NCBI GenBank assembly: GCA_019358935.1
Contig: JAHHIK010000180.1
Span: 1-10,472, forward strand
Reading direction: 5' to 3'
Length of the DNA stretch: 10,472 nucleotides
From: Tolypothrix carrinoi HA7290-LM1
GTDB lineage: Bacteria > Cyanobacteriota > Cyanobacteriia > Cyanobacteriales > Nostocaceae
The translations under genes were made by a program, and so were the position numbers. The notes under the pieces were generated by a model, which was not told the origin of the DNA, made no database searches, and was given only the letters and a program-made list of their open reading frames with translations. This document shows positions 1 through 7,711 of the stretch, piece after piece (the first letter of the stretch is position 1; the number at the start of each line of letters is the position of its first letter).

Positions 1-626
1 ACCCATCTGGAAAGCTACGAAAAAAAGGTTATCAGCCGCTCAATATCCGAGGGAAGCGAATATATCATTGAGCATCCAGAAAACCCTACTGAACAAATCA
101 CGTACCGTTTGATTACGAGTTTACTAGATATCGAGAAGTTTCCTGCCGAGTTGTTAGCAAGAGAATATCATCAACGTTGGGAAGTCGAAAACACAATTGA
201 TGAATTGAAAATACACCTTTTAGGACGAAAGACTCATGTTCGTTCTCAGAAACCACGAGAAGTTGTGCAAGAAGTATACGGCTGGTTGTTGGGACACTGG
301 TCAGTAAGAGTATTGATGTTCCAAGCTGCTACGAGTGCAGGAGTTCCACCATTACGTTTGAGTTTTACTGGAACATTACGAGTTATCCGTCGTGCTATCC
401 CTAAATTTCAACGCCTAGAAAGCGAAGATTTCCCCCTTTTTTCGATTGGCTCAAAGTAGAGATTATCGATACCTTATTGCCTGAACGTGTTCATCGAAAT
501 AATCCCAGAGTCGTTAAAAAACCTGTATCAAAGTTTCGTTCTAAAAAGCCAAAACACCGAGGCACTGGAATACGAGTTGAAGCTCCTACATTTTACACTA
601 CCAATCATACTTTCAGCCTTAACTGA
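1..626 (+). pseudogene. IS4-family DDE transposase, 5'-truncated by window, read in three frame segments
   Basis: 3-~50 reads PSGKLRKKGYQPLNIR. After a +1 shift, 58-459 reads EYIIEHPENP...YRLITSLL...YHQRWEVE...FPLFSIGSK*. The -1 frame from 441 reads FDWLKVEIIDTLLPERVHRNNPRVVKKPVSKF...LN*, with the TGA at 624-626 inside the IR. Confidence 0.8.
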
Positions 627-635
627 ACCGTATTG
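618..635. repeat. IS4 right terminal inverted repeat
   Basis: CTTAACTGAACCGTATTG; sequence switches to IS630 transposase coding immediately after. Confidence 0.85.
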
Positions 636-1017
636 AACTCAAACCCCAAGATCGCGAATGCTGGGTGATTCCCCCGACGCGAAAAAGGTCATTCTGGTGT
701 GCGATAACCTCAACACCCACAAGCCCGCCGCCCTCTATAAAACCTTTCAACCAGAAGAAGCACGACGCCTCCTTGGTCGCCTCGAAATCCATCACACACC
801 AAAACATGGCTCGTGGCTCAATATGGCGGAAATTGAACTCGCCGCCCTCACGCGCCAATGTCTCGATCGCCGCATTTGTGATCTCCCAACTCTCCAGTCC
901 GAAATTAACGCCTGGAATACACAGCGAAACGCAGACCAAACCAACGTTAACTGGCAGTTCACCACCGCTGACGCCAGAATCCAACTCAAACGCTTATATC
1001 CGGTTATTGATGATTAA
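636..1017 (+). pseudogene. IS630-family transposase remnant (DDE_3)
   Basis: 638-676 reads LKPQDRECWVIPP, the usual start of the IS630 catalytic segment. It jumps out of frame to PDAKKVILVCDNLNTH...HHTPKHGSWLNMAEIE...WQFTTADARIQLKRLYP (673-1017). The first catalytic Asp region is missing. Confidence 0.88.
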
Positions 1018-1026
1018 GGCCTACTA
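636..1026 (+). mobile_element. IS630-family element, right part, internally deleted
   Basis: Encodes an IS630 DDE C-terminus and ends in ...CCTACTAG, an IS630-like end at a (C)TA(G) target. The flank beyond 1027 is phaC coding sequence. Confidence 0.85.
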
Positions 1027-1200
1027 GGGCGAAAACTATGAGGATGGGGATGTTTAGCAAATGCTCCACCTGAGGCACAAAGCGGTACAGCACCACCTTG
1101 TCCTCTCGGTAGACTTCTTCCTTGGGTGTCACCCCGATCTGAATATCCTGTTGGCGCATGTGGCTTAAGATATTAATAATTTTGACCAGCTTTTGAATTA
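1025..1200 (-). pseudogene. phaC: class III poly(R)-hydroxyalkanoate synthase subunit PhaC, 5' fragment cut by IS630 (not in ORF track)
   Basis: Minus-strand translation IQKLVKIINILSHMRQQDIQIGVTPKEEVYREDKVVLYRFVPQVEHLLNIPILIVFAL matches the PhaC N-terminus just before the conserved ALVNRPY motif. It lies directly downstream of phaE and stops at the IS630 CTAG junction. Confidence 0.88.
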
Positions 1201-1202
1201 CT

Positions 1203-1649
1203 CTAGGATTCTGCTAAAGCTTTTTTAAGGCTTTTAACTTCCTTTTTCAACTCATAGATGCTGCGGTGAATCTCGTCTACTTCGGTACGAGTTGGCAGGT
1301 TATTCATCTTCAAAAACACTTCTATCACCTGTTGCTGGTCGAGCCAGAGCTTCATGCTTGCATTCAACAACTTTCCCTGAATTTGAAGGACATGTTCTGA
1401 ACGAAAAGTAAGAGCAAATATTCGGTCAAATATGCGACTCCAAACTTGCAGAAACTGCTGCCAATTTTCCACCGTTCCACATGATTGCAACTCAAGGAGC
1501 GCTTCCTCAAATGCCCTCACCCAGACATCGAGCAGTACTAACTGATAGTCAAAGCTCGCAACATAAATGTTTATCCAGGCATCAAAGCTCTGAAGCAGTT
1601 TGTTAAACGATCGGTTGTCCTGCTGTAAGGTCATTTTCCTGTAAAGCAT
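1203..1649 (-). CDS. phaE: class III PHA synthase subunit PhaE, C-terminal half only (148 aa; possibly pseudogene)
   Basis: RSFNKLLQSFDAW...DYQLVL...W..F...W and NLPTRTEVDEIHRSIYELKKEVKSLKK are typical of the cyanobacterial PhaE C-terminus; adjacent to phaC. Confidence 0.85.
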   Translation of the reverse strand: MLYRKMTLQQDNRSFNKLLQSFDAWINIYVASFDYQLVLLDVWVRAFEEALLELQSCGTVENWQQFLQVWSRIFDRIFALTFRSEHVLQIQGKLLNASMKLWLDQQQVIEVFLKMNNLPTRTEVDEIHRSIYELKKEVKSLKKALAES

Positions 1650-1880
1650 TAATTAATTTTCATATATATTAATACATTTCGAGGAATTTAATAAATATTA
1701 AATTAAGAAATATTTATATTATTATAAATAAAACAACGTCAAATAATTGAGTATGCTTTCGTCCTTATAGACTACACCTTTAGAGCGATGATATTTCTAA
1801 ATAAAAGCAGAAAAATAAAATTTAAATATCCATAAAAGAATGCCGTTGCATTCGTGAAAAATCGCACTTATAAGGAATAT
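1650..1880. promoter_or_regulatory. AT-rich divergent intergenic/promoter region; RBS AAGGA at 1872-1876
   Basis: Very AT-rich, no ORF, between divergent starts at 1649 (-) and 1881 (+). Specific promoter boxes not resolved. Confidence 0.4.
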
Positions 1881-2437
1881 ATGATAGCAACAAATGCCCC
1901 AGAAAAACGCGCTGTCGGAGTGTTTACAAGCCGTAAAGAAGCAGAGCAAGCAATCAATGAATTGAAAGCTTCAGGCTTGACGATGGAAAAATTTTCCCTG
2001 ATTGCTTTCATATGCAGATAAAATCGAACAGGTTGGTGAAGCTGAAGTAAGCGATCGCATTGGCAATCAAGATGTAAATAGTTCCACAGGTGCGGTTGCA
2101 GATACTCTCACTGCAAGTACCTGGGGTAGCTTCTTCGTAGGTTTGAGCAGTCTAGCCATTCCTGGCTATTGAGCTGTGATAGCAGGAGGTTCCGTCTTTT
2201 GTGGCACTAGCTACAAGCGTAGCTGGTGTTGCTGTGGGAGCCGCAGCAACTAATAATTTAATCAAGGCGCTTGCTGATTTAGGCATTCTGGAAGAACGAG
2301 CTAGGGTTTATATCGATCGCCTGATTCAAAGTGATTATTTGGTGATAGTGTCAGGCACAGATAACGATATCCAAAGCGCTCAAGCAATCTTGAATAAGCA
2401 CCCTATTCAATATTGGGATGTTTATCAGCATTCATAA
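1881..2437 (+). pseudogene. general stress protein-like membrane protein (glycine-zipper type), three lesions
   Basis: ATG 1881: MIATNAPEKRAVGVFTSRKEAEQAINELKASGLTMEKFSLIA. +1 shift at ~2007-2011, then ADKIEQVG...VGLSSLAIPG, TGA at 2170-2172, AVIAGGSV. Second +1 shift at ~2197-2200, then VALATSVAG...ALADLGILEERARVY...DYLVIVSG...WDVYQHS*. Confidence 0.85.
2051..2058. repeat. HIP1 octamer GCGATCGC (also at 2515-2522, 3240-3247, 7456-7463)
   Basis: Four exact GCGATCGC copies seen, all outside the IS, intron and iscB segments; a cyanobacterial hallmark. Confidence 0.85.
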
Positions 2438-2445
2438 TTGAAATT

Positions 2446-2485
2446 GTTTACTGTTATCAGTGGGGACTTGCTGCTAACAGTAAAC
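2446..2485. terminator. hairpin downstream of stress-protein gene, putative terminator
   Basis: GTTTACTGTTATCAG (2446-2460) pairs with CTGCTAACAGTAAAC (2471-2485), one mismatch, between convergent genes. Confidence 0.5.
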
Positions 2486-2570
2486 CGCCTTTAAACACAT
2501 CCTAACTATGTGTAGCGATCGCGTATCCCAAAGGAGCGGGTGCGCTCGTGGCTCAAAAATTAGGATAGGG

Positions 2571-2591
2571 GCTACAAGTTATACTTGTAGC
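2571..2591. terminator. hairpin downstream of VKOR gene, putative terminator
   Basis: GCTACAAGT-TAT-ACTTGTAGC perfect 9-bp stem, 16 nt past the VKOR stop. Confidence 0.5.
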
Positions 2592-2607
2592 TCTCAATCT
2601 TAATCGG

Positions 2608-3141
2608 TCATTGCGTGCTGCTAGGTGCATTGTTCTTGTCACGGCGACCAAGCAGGGTGCGAACCGCAGTGAGTACTTCGGGTATAGCGAGTACCAACGA
2701 GGCTACCGAGCAAACAGTCGCAACCTGGCAGTAGTCGCAAAACGCTTTGTTTTCACTCCACTCCTCACGAGCCAGTTCCAGGGAAACGCCTGAGTCGATG
2801 AGGATTTTGATGCCCATTGCAATTGGTAGCAACGGGTTACGCCTAGCGCGGTCAAGACCACCAGCACTAGCCAGCCAAGCAGTGAGGGCGTAATTAAGCA
2901 TCATTATTGGTCCATCGGGTGAGTTGAATCGGCTGTAAGCGTAGTTAGATGCGTCAACACGGTCTGCATCGAATAACGGCACAGGCAGTGATGGTAGGTG
3001 ACTAACAACCCCGGTTTGGTAAAGTGTGACGATTTGTCCCATTGAACCTCCGAGCATAGACAAACCGATAATTGCTCTGCGACGGCTCATGTCAGGATTC
3101 TTTCCTTGACGCAGTTCCTCACTGAGTTGTTTTGGCTCCAT
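2608..3141 (-). CDS. vitamin K epoxide reductase (VKOR) family membrane protein
   Basis: 177 aa with several hydrophobic helices, D-x2-V-x2-S-x-Y...PDG segment and C-terminal CXXC (AFCDYCQ); AAGGA RBS upstream. Confidence 0.85.
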   Translation of the reverse strand: MEPKQLSEELRQGKNPDMSRRRAIIGLSMLGGSMGQIVTLYQTGVVSHLPSLPVPLFDADRVDASNYAYSRFNSPDGPIMMLNYALTAWLASAGGLDRARRNPLLPIAMGIKILIDSGVSLELAREEWSENKAFCDYCQVATVCSVASLVLAIPEVLTAVRTLLGRRDKNNAPSSTQ

Positions 3142-3410
3142 AAATTGTCATCCTTATAAGGTATATGTTGACGGTTACATCAGCCGTAAAGCTCGCCGTT
3201 CTTGAGTATCCCCCCGGCAGACTTTACGTAAAGAGTGCGGCGATCGCAGTATTCACGCTCGTTGCGCGAGTCAGCTGGTAATCCTCTTATTCTCAACAAC
3301 CGATTCGATGCGTACCACTTACTTTAGAGGGAAGGAGGCGCTTCAGATAATTAACAAAGGATGTGATGCGGGATACACAAATTCGGTAGTTCACCTCTCT
3401 CCGTAAAAAG

Positions 3411-3445
3411 GCTCCCACTGTACCGCCTTGCGGTCAGTGGTGAGC
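3411..3445. repeat. imperfect hairpin resembling an IS200/IS605 subterminal end; may act as terminator for the KAP gene
   Basis: GCTCCCACTG-T-ACCGC-CTT-GCGGT-CAGTGGTGAGC stem-loop, 35 nt downstream of the KAP stop. Confidence 0.45.
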
Positions 3446-3480
3446 GGAAGTGATAAATAAATATAAATGCGGATTTTACG

Positions 3481-5256
3481 TTATTTATCGTTGATGTCAG
3501 TTGACTGTTGCCTTTTGGTGGCAATTTCTTCGAGTTCTTTGAGGTGTTGTGCGTTCACGAGCCATTCTTCTTCTAAGTTAAATGTATCTGAACCATACTG
3601 ACTTTGTTGCTCTTTTAGTGTTGCTATTTCATGATTAATTATTGCTAATGCTTTACCTTGAGTAATTGCCTTTTTTAACACCTCAAACCTTACTGGTTCT
3701 TCAAGCCGACGCAACAAACGCAAGATAAAACGACTGATTCTAACTTCATTTCCCAAATTAAAAATGCTTTGAGATTTCTCTTCAGCACACAACAGTTCTT
3801 CGCCCACATCAAACAAAGTTAGCACAATTGAAGGAATGCAATTCAGAGGAATTTCTTGTTCAGAGTAATTTTCAAACTGTTCAATAAATGTTCTAAGTTG
3901 CGTTGTGCCATCTAGACGTTTTTGATTAGCAACTTTTATCAGTTGTTCTCCAAATTTATCCGCATCTTCAGCCAAAGCCAGGATAGCTTTTATCTGAGTA
4001 TTAGATAATTCCGATGTTGAGAACGTCAGACGAAAGTAGATAGGAAATATTTCTAAGCTACATACACGTAGTTGCTCGCGCCATTTTAATTGTTCTTCAT
4101 CTAAGTAGCTATTACCCCAAACTAATTTTAACTTAGGAAAAAGGTGCATGAGCAGATTTTTAATCGGCTGCTTATCCTCATCTCGCAGTTGAGCAATCCA
4201 GGCATTATGGAGATTTTTCAGTTCGTCTATTGAAGTGTTTACCTCTCCTACAAAAGCATGAGGATTATGGATGATTGTGTCATATACCATTGGGCAAAAG
4301 ACTCGCAGCGACTCAAGAGCAATGAAATCAACTGGATTAACTTCACCTTTCACTGCTGGATATGTAACTGTTAAAGTCTCAGTCAGATGAACAATGTTGC
4401 GGAGGTTAATAATAAAATGGTCTATTCCTTGAAAGTAAATATTGTCCCAGTGAATTTGGTCAAATAGTTGTTTTTCTGTATCAGCAAATATGCCATCAAG
4501 CTTTTCAAAAAGCAACCGACGAAGTGAGATTTTATCTGGAATAGGTAACTCAAAAGCAACTTGAATAATTTTTTCTAAGTATGCTTTTCCGGATATTTCT
4601 TTACTTTCTGCAATTGTTTTCATTACAACTTCTTTATCAAAGACCAGAACGTAGACAACGTTACTAAAATTCGGTATTGCTTTGAAAATGCGAAGTAACT
4701 GCCTGATATCGTTAGCAGGAAGCCGATCAATATCGTCAATCGTTACAACTATTCGCTGCTGCTGCTGTCCTAGTGTATCTTCGACTTCTTCTTTTAATTC
4801 CGAAGCTTCCTTTTCCTTATCGTCGAATAATGTTGCTACTGCCCTGCCAGTTTGAGCATAAGGCAAAGGAATTTGCGAAATAACTTTAGCAAAATCAGCT
4901 ATTCTCTCTTTCAAGCCTTTGGACACAGATCCTTCTTGGCTTAAAACGTTTTGTAATTGGTCAAAAAAGCTTCTTGTAATGTCTTGCTGTCCAGAAAATA
5001 ACCAGGGATTAAAAGGAACGATGATTGGTTGGGATTCATCTGGCTTTTGCTGAAGATAGTGAACTAAGAAGTTCAATAGTGTGGATTTGCCGGAACTCCA
5101 AGAACCGTAGACTGCAATAACGAACCCTTCAGGAAAGGTCATTTTGCAAATGCTGTCTGCCAGATACTTGGCGAAGCTGGCATGTCCCAGCAGGTCTTTT
5201 TCAGGATCAACTAAGGAGCTGTCTGTTGATATATCGTCAATTTCTGTTTGTGCCAT
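3481..5256 (-). CDS. KAP-family P-loop NTPase
   Basis: 591 aa; DLLG..FA..LA..I N-terminus, Walker A YGSWSSGKST, FNPW motif, Walker B IVVTIDDIDR, YLEKIIQV.F.LP motif. Confidence 0.93.
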   Translation of the reverse strand: MAQTEIDDISTDSSLVDPEKDLLGHASFAKYLADSICKMTFPEGFVIAVYGSWSSGKSTLLNFLVHYLQQKPDESQPIIVPFNPWLFSGQQDITRSFFDQLQNVLSQEGSVSKGLKERIADFAKVISQIPLPYAQTGRAVATLFDDKEKEASELKEEVEDTLGQQQQRIVVTIDDIDRLPANDIRQLLRIFKAIPNFSNVVYVLVFDKEVVMKTIAESKEISGKAYLEKIIQVAFELPIPDKISLRRLLFEKLDGIFADTEKQLFDQIHWDNIYFQGIDHFIINLRNIVHLTETLTVTYPAVKGEVNPVDFIALESLRVFCPMVYDTIIHNPHAFVGEVNTSIDELKNLHNAWIAQLRDEDKQPIKNLLMHLFPKLKLVWGNSYLDEEQLKWREQLRVCSLEIFPIYFRLTFSTSELSNTQIKAILALAEDADKFGEQLIKVANQKRLDGTTQLRTFIEQFENYSEQEIPLNCIPSIVLTLFDVGEELLCAEEKSQSIFNLGNEVRISRFILRLLRRLEEPVRFEVLKKAITQGKALAIINHEIATLKEQQSQYGSDTFNLEEEWLVNAQHLKELEEIATKRQQSTDINDK

Positions 5257-6710
5257 AAGAAACTTTTTTTACTTCTACTGTAATCGTGGCACAGTTGGTA
5301 GGGTCGGCAATGCTAGCCCGGAGATAGAATTTTTCAGATAACATTACATTCTCAAGGCATACGTAAATGGTCACATAGTAACGTAAAATTTAAGATTAGT
5401 CATTTGAGATGGACAAAGAAACTATCTTGGATATCTCCCCACGTCATGTAGGAATACTCAAATAAGTTCAATTCAAACCGAAATCTTAAACTATTGGCAG
5501 TATAAACGTAGGTTGATTTCTGTCTACGTGTACTAGTCCCAGCTAAAGAGCAAAAATTACATTATAAAGTAATAATTACCAAGAAGGGGTTGGAGATATT
5601 TTCAATTATTCTCTCCTAGAGAGGATAGAAATTATTTGCTGAAAAAATTTATCATAATAAAGTTCAAGCGCAAATTTTGTATTGAACCAAAATTCTGTCT
5701 CTTTATTGACTTTTTTGGTTGAAGGCACAGGCGCAGTTATATGCCACTTTTTTCTGTTAAGGCAATCAATAGTTAATACTTAGTATAAGCTATCCTTCCG
5801 GATAAGTGAGCAGTTTCAATGCCAAGCGAGCTTATTTATGAAATCCTCTATAACATTTACTAATTAATGCTAATAGGGGAAAGAGTTGCCATGAGAATTT
5901 AACTCTTTAAATCTTGGTACTTCTACTATGCACCGACAACAAGAAGATGATATTTCAGTAGAAACAAGTTCTCTTCCCCCTGTCCCCATTCAGGAAATCT
6001 CAGAGGATAGGGCATTAACAGAGACGGTACTTTCTCCAACTCCGAATCTGCTTTTAAAGATTTCTAAGCCAGAAATTCGGACAAGCCTCACGGCGTTAAC
6101 TTTTGAGAGTGTCTTCGCTACGATTTTTTACAGTATCATTGGCGGCGCGTTGCTCAGTAATTTCTTGTTAGAGCTAGGTGCTGGTCCTGCGGAAATTGGT
6201 CTGCTCGCGGCTATTCCTCAGATAACGAATCTACTCCAACCGTTAGGAGCGTATTTGGTAGACCGAAGTACTAGCTTCCGCTGGTATTTCATCCGTATTT
6301 TCGTTCCGTCGCGGCTGCTGTGGTTGACTCTCGTGCCAGCGATTTGGTTGGTTACGTCATCTCATATCAGTGGACACCAAGTAGTGCAGTTGACATTGGG
6401 AATTATCTTGGGAGCTAATGTCATCGAAGCTTTCGGTCGCGCTCCTTGGCTTGGTTGGATGGCTGTGCTAGTACCTCAGCGGTTGCGGGGGCGGTATTTC
6501 GGCTTTCGCAATAGTATTCTCAGCTTGACAAACCTTGTCGGTGTGCCGTTGCTGGGTCTAGCGGTATCGGTTTGCCCTGGTGGAACACTTAAAGGTTACG
6601 GTGCAGTCTTGGTTCTAGGAATCGTACTGGGGCTAATGAGTCAGGGCTGTCAGTTTTGGATGACCGATGTGAACCCGCAGCTTTTAAAAGTCGCGGGTTC
6701 AGACACATCC

Positions 6711-6818
6711 GCTGCACCAACCCACGACAAATGTGGACAGGCTGAAATAAAAATAGTCGTAGAAAATCGAGGATCTGAAAAACAAGCCTGTCCACATTTG
6801 AAGAGTGAAAACCCGGAC
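6711..6818. repeat. in-frame palindromic insertion (~108 bp) in the MFS central loop
   Basis: Perfect 16-bp inverted repeat CAAATGTGGACAGGCT (6728-6743) / AGCCTGTCCACATTTG (6785-6800) with 41-nt spacer. The encoded peptide is hydrophilic. Boundaries are inferred. Confidence 0.6.
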
Positions 6819-6947
6819 GAACCGCAGCCCAAGAAAATAGATTTTAGCTTCCTCAAAGATGCCAATTTTTTGAAGTTTGTGCTTTACCTGAGCATCTGGT
6901 GCTTTGCCGTTAACGTTAGCGCTCCGTTCTTTAACCTTTATATGCTG

Positions 6948-7143
6948 GTTGAAGAAAGGCAGAGGGCAGGAGGCAGCTATGCTGAAGGAGCAATCGGATG
7001 GGGATTCAAACCCCAACCGATTGAATCCACCGTGTAGACGGTGGGGTTTTATACCCAGTTGGCTCCAGCCAGAAGGCTGAATCAAAGACATAATTTATAC
7101 CTTCTGCCCTCTGCCCTCTGCCTTCTGCCTTCCGCCGAAGGCG
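6948..7143. mobile_element. non-autonomous structured repeat element (STRR-heptamer arms, MITE/REP-like)
   Basis: Left arm AAGGCAG-AGGGCAG-GAGGCAG (6956-6976); inverted right arm CTGCCCT x2, CTGCCTT x2 (7104-7131); several internal hairpins; exact removal restores the MFS frame. Confidence 0.82.
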
Positions 7144-7711
7144 GATAACCTGGATATAGATATCAGCGTAGTAACGATTTATAACGCTTTAGCAACTGGT
7201 GCAAACATGCTAATGCTGCTTTTGTGGGGCAAACTGGCTGACCGGATTGGGAATCGCCCGCTACTGCTATTAGTAGGAGTCTTAGTGGCGCTGACACCTG
7301 TGCTGTGGCTAGGAACCGGAAGCGATCAAATTTCCTTTTGGGTCTGGTTACCCTTGTTGCACGTACTAACCGGCGGGACGTGGGCAGCAATTGACTTGTG
7401 TACCAACAATCTGATGATGGGAGTGTCACCGCTGCGTCATCAGTCTAAATATTTTGCGATCGCAGGAGCAATTGCTGGTATCACTGGGGCAGTAGGTATC
7501 GCTGCCGGTAGCTTTCTGTTGACTCTACCTGGTCTCAATAATTTGCTGGGGTTGTTTGTTCTCTCAGGTTTCCTACGGCTTTTTGCCCTCCTGCCCTTAG
7601 TTTTTGTTCAGGAGCAGCGCTCTATGCCATTGGGTCAGCTAATACGAGTCTTGTTCCCAATCAGGCAGTCAACAGCTCTGATTGAAGTAAAGGAATAAGT
7701 TTTCAACTAAA

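Larger units (their letters stand above)
1..635 (+). mobile_element. IS4-family insertion sequence, right-hand part (left end outside window)
   Basis: IS4-type transposase C-terminal region with Y-x2-R-x3-E-x6-K signature (YHQRWEVENTIDELK). It ends in CTTAACTGAACCGTATTG (618-635), which closely resembles the reverse complement of the IS4 terminal IR TAATGCCGATCAGTTAAG. Confidence 0.9.
5928..7698 (+). pseudogene. MFS transporter, split by a 196-bp insertion
   Basis: 5928-6947 (hydrophobic helices, LVPQRLRGRYFGFRN, APFFNLYML) joins in frame to 7144-7698 (DNLDIDISVVTIYN...WGKLADRIGNRPLL...) when 6948-7143 is removed. Confidence 0.9.

Noticed and set aside
619..1027. ORFs 619..984(-), 665..1027(+), 792..989(-)
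   Set aside because: Shadow frames of the GC-richer IS630 transposase.
2191..2200. TCCGTCTTTT at the second stress-gene frameshift also occurs at 7866-7875
   Set aside because: The second copy is ordinary IscB coding (KKDG) with no lesion; likely chance.
2611..5341. ORFs 2611..2793(+) and 5144..5341(+)
   Set aside because: Short antisense overlaps of the VKOR and KAP genes with no recognisable motifs.
5257..5927. NtcA or LexA boxes in the KAP/MFS divergent intergenic region
   Set aside because: No correctly spaced GTA-N8-TAC or convincing LexA box found by eye.
6956..7131. Heptamer repeats as a CRISPR array
   Set aside because: 7-nt tandem units without spacers; no repeat-spacer periodicity noticed anywhere in the window.
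6589..7429. Minus-strand ORFs 6589..6795, 6650..6865, 6699..7091, 7163..7429
   Set aside because: Antisense to the MFS gene and its insertions; no protein-family signal.
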